Shown: positions 1-7,894 of the stretch, piece after piece
Numbering within the stretch: the first letter of the stretch is position 1
Layout: every line of letters starts with the position of its first letter
DNA from: Stenotrophomonas phage Moby
Sequence record: MN095772.1
Length of the DNA: 32,000 nt
Strand: one strand, 5' to 3'
Notes under the pieces: generated by a model
Database searches by the model: none
Seen by the model: only the letters and a program-made list of their open reading frames with translations
What the model was told of the DNA's origin: nothing
Position numbers and translations under genes: made by a program

Positions 1-299
1 ACTACTGCTAGGTAGATCAGCCAGATGAACTCCAATCCAGCAGAGCCTGGAGCGGCTGCATTGATTCCGAGGAACGCCACAGTGGCTACAAAGTATGCGA
101 TTGATGACCAGAACTTGTTCGGAGAGACCTTACCGTCCGTCCCGAGGAAGAGAGTAGTTAGATCTACTTTCGTCAATGCTTTGAACAAGAAGCCCGCAAG
201 TATTAACATAAAGACTGCGGAGAACAATGTCCCAGCTACCGGGATAAGGTTCTCTAGAAGCAGTCTTAGCAGCTCTACTGATTGAGAAGGAGATGGCAT
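1..299 (-). CDS. Small membrane protein, partial (C-terminus runs off the left edge); holin or other membrane protein possible
   Basis: Not in the ORF track because it is open-ended. Reverse-strand translation from ATG at 299: MPSPSQSVELLRLLLENLIPVAGTLFSAVFMLILAGFLFKALTKVDLTTLFLGTDGKVSPNKFWSSIAYFVATVAFLGINAAAPGSAGLEFIWLIYLAVV..., with 2-3 clear hydrophobic segments and no stops over 99 codons. Confidence 0.75.
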   Translation of the reverse strand, partial: MPSPSQSVELLRLLLENLIPVAGTLFSAVFMLILAGFLFKALTKVDLTTLFLGTDGKVSPNKFWSSIAYFVATVAFLGINAAAPGSAGLEFIWLIYLAV

Positions 300-2979
300 G
301 TTTTACACGTTCTGTGAGAAAGTAGGGAGCAGAATCTATCACCGGTACGTGAACGCCGCTGGTGAGAGAAAGCAAGAAGTGGTATCTGAAGTGCCTCTGG
401 AACTATTTATGAAGTCCCGTGACGGTGAGGTTCGCTCGCTGTATGGCGACCGTCTGAAGAGGTTCCAGTTCAACAGCATCAGCGAAGCCGCAGACTTCGA
501 GAAGCGCATGGAGGGAGTCGAGCCTATCTTCGGACAGACTGACCCGGTCCAGCAGTTCATCTCACAGAAGTACAAGGGTAAGATCAAGTTTGACTTCAAC
601 AAGTTCCGTATCCTCAACTTCGACATTGAAGTCCGGACTGACGGCTACGATGATGAAGACGAGGCTCAGGTCCGTCGAGTGTTCTCGAATGAAGCCGAGA
701 CGTGGACTGTCGGCGAGATTCGCAACTACGATGGTGCAACGCAGTATGAAGTCTATGACCTCATGCACGATCGCTGGTATCCGATTGAGAGCTGTCCCCA
801 GTTGATGGTCGGCGGATTCCCGGAAGCGGATGAAGCGAAGTATGAGATCACGTCCATTGCGTTGAAGATGTTCGGCAAGGACAAGAAGATCACCCTCGGA
901 CAGAAAGACTATCAGCCGAAGGATAAGAACCAGATCTACACGCGATTCAACAGCGAGGCTGAACTGCTGCTGGAGTTCGTGAACATCGTGCGTATGTTGG
1001 ACCCGGACATCCTGACCGGTTGGAACATCGAAGAATTCGACATTCCGTATGTCGTTCATCGTCTGCAGAAGCTGCACGGTGAAGAGACAGCGAATCGCCT
1101 CAGCCCGTTCCACAAGGACACGAAGAAGTGCCTGCAGCATTACATCGCTGACAAGGACAACGATATGCCGTCGTATCGCATCCTGGGCGTGACGGTTCTG
1201 GACGGTATCAAGCTGTTTAAGAAGTTCGTGCTTCGCAAGTACGAGAGCTATCGACTGGACTACATCGGCGAGTCGGTGGTCAAGGAGCGCAAGATCGACT
1301 ACAGCGAGTACAACAACGATCTGAACAAGCTGTACATGATGGACTTCGACAAGTTCATCGCATACAACGAGAAGGACGTTGAGCTGGTCGAGAAGATCGA
1401 CAAGAACAAGCAGCTGATCCGACTTGCGATCACCATGATCATGATGACCAAGTCCAAGTACAGAGACGTGATGGGTAAGGTCAAGTTGTGGGACAACCTG
1501 ATCTACAACATGCTCCTGGAAGACAACATCGTGATTCCTCCGGCGATTCGTCGCAGATCGGAAGGTAAGATCATCGGTGCGTGGGTGAAAGATCCGGTGG
1601 CAGGTAAGTACCGCTACGTTGTGTCGCTTGACTTGACGTCGCTGTATCCTTCGATCTGTATGATGTACAACATGTCACCGGAAACCCTGGTCCGTGAGGA
1701 GATGGGAACCCTTGACTATGTGACGCGTCTTGTCGCTGGTGAGGATCTGGCGGTTGACATGAAGGCGAAGGGCTATTGCATGGCTGCGAACGGTTCAGCT
1801 TACAGGCTGGACATTGTCGGCGTGCTGCCTCGCGGAATGAAGTACGTCTTCGACACGCGTCAGGACTACAAGAAGAAGATGAAGGACGTCAAGCAGAAGC
1901 GAGAGGACGTTCTGTCTGCTGGTGGTAAGAACACAGACCAGGAGTACATCGAGTGGGATGAACTGGTGTCGGAATACAACGCGGCTCAGGAAGCAATGAA
2001 GGTGCTGGCAAACTCCGGCTACGGTGTGACAGCTCAGGATAGCTTCCGGTATTACAACCGCAGCATTGCTCAGGGTATCACCTTGACGGGTCAGGTGACC
2101 ATTCAGACGGTGGTGCACAAGACGAACGAGTACCTCAACAAGCGATTCGGAACTACTCGAGATTACGTCATCACAGCGGATACGGACTCAATGTATCTGG
2201 CTCTGGAGAACGTGCCGACGAATGCAACCGATGCAGCCGCAGCGATTGAAGAGCTTGACCAGTTTGTTGAGAAAGAGCTCCAGCCGTTCATCGATCAGAC
2301 CTTCCGCGAGCTGTCGGATCGGATGGGTTGCCCGAAGAACATGATGGACATGAAGCGCGAAGCACTCTCGGACGTCGGCATCTGGCGCGCTAAGAAGAAC
2401 TACGTGCTGCGCGTGTGGGACATGGAAGGCGTGCGGTATGCGGAACCGGAAATGAAGATGATGGGCATCGAGACCGCCAAGAGCTCGACACCGATGATCG
2501 TCCGCAAGGAACTGGAAGAGTGTCTGAAGATCATGTGCTCCGGCACCGAGAAAGAACTTCAGGATGAGCTTGCCCGGTTCAAGAAGGTCTATTACAATAG
2601 TGGAATCGAGGAGATTGCTAAGCCTCTCGGTGTCTCGGACCTGACCAGCTATTCACTCACGGATAAGCGAATCCCATATCAGAGCAAGGCAGCGATCTTG
2701 CACAACAAGCTGATCCAAGAGAAGGGACTGAGCAAGACCGTCGAGCGAATCAGAAACGGCAACAAGGTGAAGCTGGCTCTGCTGAAGGAGCGAAACCCGC
2801 TCCGGAACAAGTACATTGCCTTCATCGGTGAGTTGCCGAAGGAGTTCGGTCTGGACGAATATGTGGACTATGACGGTCAGTATGAATCGACCTTCATGAG
2901 TCCGGTGAAGTCGTTCACCGATTTGATCGGTTGGAAGACAGAGCAGATCTCGAGCTTGGAAGATCTTTTCGGTTGGTAA
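298..2979 (+). CDS. 43: Family B DNA polymerase, T4 gp43-like
   Basis: 893 aa; exonuclease motif FDIEV, motif A SLDLTSLYPSI, motif B ANSGYGVTAQDSFRYYN, motif C ADTDSMYL; AAGGAG Shine-Dalgarno upstream. Confidence 0.97.
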   Translation: MFYTFCEKVGSRIYHRYVNAAGERKQEVVSEVPLELFMKSRDGEVRSLYGDRLKRFQFNSISEAADFEKRMEGVEPIFGQTDPVQQFISQKYKGKIKFDFNKFRILNFDIEVRTDGYDDEDEAQVRRVFSNEAETWTVGEIRNYDGATQYEVYDLMHDRWYPIESCPQLMVGGFPEADEAKYEITSIALKMFGKDKKITLGQKDYQPKDKNQIYTRFNSEAELLLEFVNIVRMLDPDILTGWNIEEFDIPYVVHRLQKLHGEETANRLSPFHKDTKKCLQHYIADKDNDMPSYRILGVTVLDGIKLFKKFVLRKYESYRLDYIGESVVKERKIDYSEYNNDLNKLYMMDFDKFIAYNEKDVELVEKIDKNKQLIRLAITMIMMTKSKYRDVMGKVKLWDNLIYNMLLEDNIVIPPAIRRRSEGKIIGAWVKDPVAGKYRYVVSLDLTSLYPSICMMYNMSPETLVREEMGTLDYVTRLVAGEDLAVDMKAKGYCMAANGSAYRLDIVGVLPRGMKYVFDTRQDYKKKMKDVKQKREDVLSAGGKNTDQEYIEWDELVSEYNAAQEAMKVLANSGYGVTAQDSFRYYNRSIAQGITLTGQVTIQTVVHKTNEYLNKRFGTTRDYVITADTDSMYLALENVPTNATDAAAAIEELDQFVEKELQPFIDQTFRELSDRMGCPKNMMDMKREALSDVGIWRAKKNYVLRVWDMEGVRYAEPEMKMMGIETAKSSTPMIVRKELEECLKIMCSGTEKELQDELARFKKVYYNSGIEEIAKPLGVSDLTSYSLTDKRIPYQSKAAILHNKLIQEKGLSKTVERIRNGNKVKLALLKERNPLRNKYIAFIGELPKEFGLDEYVDYDGQYESTFMSPVKSFTDLIGWKTEQISSLEDLFGW

Positions 2980-3022
2980 GTACAGTGCGGAGACAACCTC
3001 CGCACTAAAATCTGGAGCTAAA

Positions 3023-4108
3023 ATGGCAAATCAAAGTCTGGCTGAACGCATTCTCAAAAACTCTGTGATCAAGGAAGCAGCGGTCCTTGACAAGTCCCAA
3101 TTCTTCAAGAAGAAGGATCTGGTGCGCACAATGATTCCGCTGCTGAACCTCGCCCAGTCGGGTGAGCTGGATGGTGGGTTTGGTTCTGGCTTGACTGTAT
3201 GGGCTGGTCCGTCGAAGCACTTCAAGACCTCGCTGCTGCTGGCAAGCCTGAAAGCGTATCTGGACAAGTTCCCGGATGCGATCGCAATCTTCTACGATTC
3301 GGAATTCGGCACGCCGCAGAGCTACTTCACGTCGTTCGGTATCCCGCTGGATCGTGTCATTCACATTCCGATTACCAACATCGAGATGCTGAAGTTCGAC
3401 ATGATGCAGCAGCTGGAAGGCTTGCAGAAGGGCGACAAGGTCTTCATCGCGGTCGACTCGGTCGGCAACCTGGCGTCGAAGAAGGAAGTGGAAGACGCGA
3501 TCAACGAGAAGTCCGTTGCGGATATGACCCGCGCGAAGGCGCTGAAGTCGCTGTTCCGTATCGTGACCCCATACTTCACCTTGAAAGACATCCCGTGTCA
3601 CGTGGTCAACCACACGTACAAGACCCAGGAGATGTACTCCAAGGACGTCGTGTCTGGCGGTACTGGTATCTACTACTCGGCAGACAACATCTTCATCATC
3701 GGTCGTCAGCAGGACAAGAAGGATGACGAGCTGTTGGGTTATCGCTTCATCCTGCGAGCTGAGAAGAGCCGCTACGTGCGAGAGGGCTCCAAGTTCCCGC
3801 TGACCGTGTCGTTCGACAAGGGCATCAGCAAGTGGTCGGGTCTGTTGGATCTGGCACTGGAAACTGGTCACGTGGTCAAGCCTTCCAATGGCTGGTACTC
3901 ACACGCTGGCGACGACAAGAAGCTCCGCCTGAACCAGACCGAGACCTCCGACTTCTGGCTGCCGATCCTGACTGGCACTGACTTCGCCGAAAAGCTGAAA
4001 GAGAAGTTCCAGCTGTCGCTGAGCCAGATGATCGAAGCGGGTGACATCGACTACTCGACTGGCGAAGTACTGAAGCGCGAAGAGGACGAGGAAGATGACG
4101 CCGGTTGA
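3023..4108 (+). CDS. uvsX: UvsX/RecA-like recombinase
   Basis: Walker A variant AGPSKHFKTS, YDSEFG, DSVGNLASKKEVEDAINEK, MTRAKALKSLFRIVTPYF, NHTYKTQEM; closely follows the T4 UvsX pattern. Confidence 0.95.
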   Translation: MANQSLAERILKNSVIKEAAVLDKSQFFKKKDLVRTMIPLLNLAQSGELDGGFGSGLTVWAGPSKHFKTSLLLASLKAYLDKFPDAIAIFYDSEFGTPQSYFTSFGIPLDRVIHIPITNIEMLKFDMMQQLEGLQKGDKVFIAVDSVGNLASKKEVEDAINEKSVADMTRAKALKSLFRIVTPYFTLKDIPCHVVNHTYKTQEMYSKDVVSGGTGIYYSADNIFIIGRQQDKKDDELLGYRFILRAEKSRYVREGSKFPLTVSFDKGISKWSGLLDLALETGHVVKPSNGWYSHAGDDKKLRLNQTETSDFWLPILTGTDFAEKLKEKFQLSLSQMIEAGDIDYSTGEVLKREEDEEDDAG

Positions 4109-4334
4109 GCTTGGACAGTCAATCCTGGACGGTCTGAATCGGGGCAATGAAGTCCGTGTGACGTTCACCAAGAAGGACGGGTCTGAGACGACCCGTTCCT
4201 TCGGCAGGGACAAGGACTTCGTACCCAACGGACCCCGATTGACGGAAGACACAAAGTATTTGAATCTCTGGTCGATTGATGACGCGGGTTATCGTACAAT
4301 CATACTCGAGTCGATCAAAATGGTGGCTTGCTAA
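4095..4334 (+). CDS. Hypothetical protein
   Basis: 79 aa; start overlaps the uvsX stop by 14 nt, suggesting translational coupling. Confidence 0.6.
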   Translation: MTPVELGQSILDGLNRGNEVRVTFTKKDGSETTRSFGRDKDFVPNGPRLTEDTKYLNLWSIDDAGYRTIILESIKMVAC

Positions 4335-4588
4335 TGCAGATCTACGTACATGAGGCAACCGAGGATTCCATCTCGGTGGTGAACATTGAGTATCCGGAGT
4401 TCCGGCATACGTTCAAAGAGATCCGGGTAACACCGGAGGGAGTGACTGCCGTCCATTCTGTCGAAATCAGCGAGCAGGAAGTCGGTAAGTACAATGGCGA
4501 TGACCAGGAGCAATTCCTGGAAGACCAAGGGACTGAGATCTTGAACGAGTTGATCAAGATCATTGACCGACAGTCGCAAGTCGCGTAA
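4334..4588 (+). CDS. Hypothetical small acidic protein
   Basis: The track starts at TTG 4328. The more likely start is ATG 4334, overlapping the upstream stop as TAATG. Sense of a compact operon. Confidence 0.65.
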   Translation: MQIYVHEATEDSISVVNIEYPEFRHTFKEIRVTPEGVTAVHSVEISEQEVGKYNGDDQEQFLEDQGTEILNELIKIIDRQSQVA

Positions 4589-4618
4589 ACTATATTCCAC
4601 GTCAACCAAGGAAACAAC

Positions 4619-5308
4619 ATGGCATTGCAGAAACACAAGTGTGACCCGGCTCTCGGCGCTCGCGTCTTTGAACACCTGAAGCAGAAGGGTTTGCACACCC
4701 CAGTCGTGGAAGAAGCTCTCTTCCAACATGAAGGCAGCAAGATCGACAAGATCGAAGCGCTGCAAACCCAGGTTCTTGAACTGCTGGGTCTTGACCTCAC
4801 CGATGACAGCCTGATCGAGACTCCCCGACGCATCGCCAAGATGTACGTCAGTGAGCTGTTCTGGGGCCTGCATCCGGATCACTTCCCGAAGTGCACCACG
4901 GTCGAAAACAAGATGCGATACGATGAAGTCGTCATCGAGAAGGCATCCGTCAAGTCGGTGTGTGAGCATCACTTCGTGTACTTCGGTACCAGCCACCGCC
5001 CGGACCTGGGTTGCTGGATCGCATACGTTCCGAAGGAGAAGGTGCTCGGTCTTTCCAAGATCAATCGCATCGTTGAGTACTTCGCTCGCCGTCCGCAGAT
5101 TCAGGAACGCCTGACCGAGCAAATCGCCGAGACCCTGAAGTTTATCCTGGAAACGGATGACGTCGCGGTCGTGATGAAGGGACAGCACTTCTGTGTCCTG
5201 ACTCGCGGTGTGGAAGACTCGGACGGTATGACCATCACCAGCGCGCTGCACGGTCGCTTCCGTGACGAACTGCCGATGCGTCAGGAACTGATGAGTCTGG
5301 TACGCTAA
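4619..5308 (+). CDS. folE: GTP cyclohydrolase I
   Basis: SVKSVCEHHFVYFG, GLSKINRIVEYFARRPQIQERLTEQIAE, AVVMKGQHFCVLTRGVED. Confidence 0.95.
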   Translation: MALQKHKCDPALGARVFEHLKQKGLHTPVVEEALFQHEGSKIDKIEALQTQVLELLGLDLTDDSLIETPRRIAKMYVSELFWGLHPDHFPKCTTVENKMRYDEVVIEKASVKSVCEHHFVYFGTSHRPDLGCWIAYVPKEKVLGLSKINRIVEYFARRPQIQERLTEQIAETLKFILETDDVAVVMKGQHFCVLTRGVEDSDGMTITSALHGRFRDELPMRQELMSLVR

Positions 5309-5412
5309 GTACCTTCGTTGGAGAGGGGCAACCCTCTCCCGCGCCTACTACTCAGGCAATTCCGCACTGAGATCAATGCGCGTTAACAACTGAAATAACT
5401 GGAGATTTGAAA

Positions 5413-6663
5413 ATGAGCAAGATCAAAGTAGCTGTCGTTGGTGTTGGTAACTGCTTCTCGTCCCTGTATCAGGGTGTTGGCTACTACAGCAGCCGTCCCG
5501 ATGAAGTGATCTCGGGCATCGCCCATGTGGACATTGGTGGCTACAAGGCTACTGATCTGGAGTTCGTCCTTGCTATCGACGTTGATCACCGCAAGGTGGG
5601 ACAGTCGCTGAGTGACGCGATCTTCGCAGAACCGAACGTCGCGCGTGTGTTCCACACCGAGCCGGCTCCGGGTGCAAACCCGATTGTCAAGATGGGTGCT
5701 CGTCTGGATGGTGTCTCGACGTTCATGGAAACTGAACCGGCAAGCCGTGGCTTCCGCCCGGTCCCGACCGACGAGCCGACCGAAGCCGCCAAGGCGCGAC
5801 TGGTTGAACACCTGCGTTCCAGCGGTGCGGACGTTCTTCTGAACTACCTGCCGGTCGGATCGAATCAGGCAACTGAGTTCTACGCCGAGTGTGCACTGGA
5901 AGCAGGCGTGAGCTTCATCAACAACATCCCGGTGCTGAACCTGAACCATCCGGATTGGGAAGACCGATTCATCGACGCAGGCATCCCCTACATCGGTTCG
6001 GACATCAAGAGTCAGTTCGGCGCTTCGATCCTGAGTCAGATGCTCCAGGAGCTAGCGTTCGACCGCGGTATGGAAGTTGACTTCCATCAGCAGCTGAATG
6101 TGGGTGGCAACACCGACTTCAACAACATGATGGTTCAGAGCCGTCTGCTGGACAAGAAGGTGTCGAAGGAGAACGTGATCCGTGCTCAGAATGACCTGCG
6201 AGACATCCCGGTCAATGAGGATGCACTGTTCGCCGGTCCGTCCACCTACATCCCGTATCTGAAGGACAACAAGGTCGCCTACTTCAACCTTCGCCTGCGC
6301 GGTTTCGGTGGCGCTCCGGTCGAAGTGGACGTCAAGCTGTCGGTGCAGGATTCGGAGAACAGCGCGGGTGTCGTGATCGATGCGATCCGATTCATCAAGG
6401 TGGCGCGTGAGCTGGGCATTCGTGGTTGCCTGCGTGGTCCGAGTGCATTCACCCAGAAGTCGCCGCCGAAGCAGCTGACCATGGAAGAAGCCAAGTACGA
6501 GTGTGACGCGCTGGCGAAGCGTGAGCTGACTCCGATCACCGAACGACAGCTGACGAACCTGTCGGCAAAGTTGTTCGCTCGTCAGGAGCTTGCCGAAGGC
6601 GGAATGGACTACTTGCGTGTGTTGGACAAGAAGCGCCAGTCGAATGCAGAGCGTGGGATTTAA
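5413..6663 (+). CDS. ino1: Myo-inositol-1-phosphate synthase family (INO1-like)
   Basis: Rossmann VAVVGVGNCFSSLYQGVGYY, DVEF-like LEFVLAIDVDHRKVG, NYLPVGSNQATEFYAECALEAGVSFINNIPV, GSDIKSQFGASILSQ, QLNVGGNTDFNNM, NSAGVVIDAIRFIKVA, SPPKQL; matches the actinobacterial/archaeal MIPS type. ATG 5413 with a GGAG 8-9 nt upstream is preferred over TTG 5407. Confidence 0.9.
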   Translation: MSKIKVAVVGVGNCFSSLYQGVGYYSSRPDEVISGIAHVDIGGYKATDLEFVLAIDVDHRKVGQSLSDAIFAEPNVARVFHTEPAPGANPIVKMGARLDGVSTFMETEPASRGFRPVPTDEPTEAAKARLVEHLRSSGADVLLNYLPVGSNQATEFYAECALEAGVSFINNIPVLNLNHPDWEDRFIDAGIPYIGSDIKSQFGASILSQMLQELAFDRGMEVDFHQQLNVGGNTDFNNMMVQSRLLDKKVSKENVIRAQNDLRDIPVNEDALFAGPSTYIPYLKDNKVAYFNLRLRGFGGAPVEVDVKLSVQDSENSAGVVIDAIRFIKVARELGIRGCLRGPSAFTQKSPPKQLTMEEAKYECDALAKRELTPITERQLTNLSAKLFARQELAEGGMDYLRVLDKKRQSNAERGI

Positions 6664-6685
6664 CCTTTAGAATCAAGAGGTTACG

Positions 6686-6716
6686 TTGAAGGGTCTTCGG
6701 ACCCTTCAAACGTCTT
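6686..6716 (+). terminator. UUCG-tetraloop hairpin, probable terminator
   Basis: TTGAAGGGTC-TTCG-GACCCTTCAA, a perfect 10-bp stem, 22 nt after the ino1 stop; followed by a moderately T-rich stretch. Confidence 0.75.
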
Positions 6717-6776
6717 TACCCTTTGAAATCAAGTAGTTATCAAATTCCGCTTAAGAATTAGCCATGAGGGACTATA

Positions 6777-7148
6777 ATGAGAGCGCAACATTCCTTTGAC
6801 ATTGACGGCGTGATCAGCATTGGCATCCGCCCCAGCCCCGGAGCAATCATCATCACCGGGCGCAGCTATGAAGAGCGTGCCGAAACGGAAGCGTATCTGA
6901 AACACCTTGGCATCAGCAACGATGTCTTTTACAATCCTTTGAAGTGGTCGGAGAAGTCTCGGACCTCGTCGGGCGAGCACAAGGCGGAGATCATCAACCT
7001 GCAGGGAGTCACCCGTCATTTTGAGGATGACCCGATCCAGGCACAAGTGATCCGCGAACGCTGCCCCAACTGCTACGTTGTCGAGATTGTCTCCGATCTG
7101 GTGGAGCTCGAGAACGTGCGTCATACCTTCACTGGAGAACCGAATTGA
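6777..7148 (+). CDS. Small HAD-superfamily hydrolase-like protein
   Basis: FDIDGVIS (DxDGV), IIITGR and HFEDDPIQ motifs in order; overlaps the queC-like start by 4 nt. Confidence 0.65.
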   Translation: MRAQHSFDIDGVISIGIRPSPGAIIITGRSYEERAETEAYLKHLGISNDVFYNPLKWSEKSRTSSGEHKAEIINLQGVTRHFEDDPIQAQVIRERCPNCYVVEIVSDLVELENVRHTFTGEPN

Positions 7149-7894
7149 GTAAGAAGATCCTGATCCTGTACAGTGGCGGCTTGGACTCCATGATGATGGA
7201 GAAGCTCGCTGAGTGGACCAACCCGACCGCCGAGATCACCTGCGTGTTCTACGAGCACGGTCAGGATAGTCTGGAAGCTGAGATTGCAGCGTTGCCTTGG
7301 TATGTCAAGCGCCGCAAGCTCGACTGGTTGGATGGTGAAGTGAAGGCAGTCCCCAAGAAGTCTGACCCGTTCGCGGGCGCGATCTACATCCCGGGACGCA
7401 ATCTGGTGTTCGCTGTCACCGCAGCATCACAGTTCCTCCCGGACGAGATCTGGATGGGAACGCTGTTCGATGAATGCAACGAGCAGGCAACCGACAAGAA
7501 CAACATCTTCCTGGAGAAGACCAACGCGGTTCTCAAGTATGTCCTGAGTCCGTTTGGCAATCCGGTCGTGAAGTTCCCGTTCGTGGAACGCGGCTGGACC
7601 AAGACTGACGCCCTGGGTTGGCTGCTTGCCAGAGGCGTTGTAAGTAAAGAGGACATTGCGAAGACCACTTCATGCTGGCACAATGACGGTCTCCCCTGTG
7701 GCGAATGCAAGCAGTGTCTGAAGCGCGCACTGATCATGGATCAGTTCGATATCTATGAACACCATGCCGGACTCCACCCGCTCGACCCGACCAACAAGTT
7801 CTGTGCTGATCTGATCGAACAGTATGAAGCATGTCTGGAACCGAACATTGACGAGCGCGAAGTCCAGCGATTGATCCGAAGCTGGAGAGCTTGA
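7145..7894 (+). CDS. queC: QueC-like 7-cyano-7-deazaguanine synthase (PP-loop)
   Basis: ILYSGGLDSMM PP-loop, YIPGRNLVF, zinc-site pattern CWHNDGLPCGECKQCLKR. Confidence 0.85.
   Translation: MSKKILILYSGGLDSMMMEKLAEWTNPTAEITCVFYEHGQDSLEAEIAALPWYVKRRKLDWLDGEVKAVPKKSDPFAGAIYIPGRNLVFAVTAASQFLPDEIWMGTLFDECNEQATDKNNIFLEKTNAVLKYVLSPFGNPVVKFPFVERGWTKTDALGWLLARGVVSKEDIAKTTSCWHNDGLPCGECKQCLKRALIMDQFDIYEHHAGLHPLDPTNKFCADLIEQYEACLEPNIDEREVQRLIRSWRA

Noticed and set aside
25-285. Plus-strand 86-aa ORF at the left edge
   Set aside because: The reverse strand here encodes a far more protein-like hydrophobic sequence; the plus ORF has no SD and is low-complexity.
562-1140. Minus-strand 192-aa ORF in the polymerase gene
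   Set aside because: Antisense to exonuclease-domain coding sequence of a confident family B polymerase; contains no motifs.
3005-3871. Long minus-strand ORF (288 aa) antisense to uvsX
   Set aside because: Opposite a clear UvsX homolog in the plus frame; low-complexity His/Leu/Val-rich translation typical of mirror-frame artifacts.
4331-5251. 306-aa minus-strand ORF
   Set aside because: Antisense to folE and a coupled small ORF; no recognisable motifs, and the sense strand is well supported.
6773-6778. TATAAT just before the HAD-like start
   Set aside because: It overlaps the start codon and has no -35-like hexamer 17 nt upstream (CTTAAG there), so it cannot serve as that gene's promoter in a normal way.
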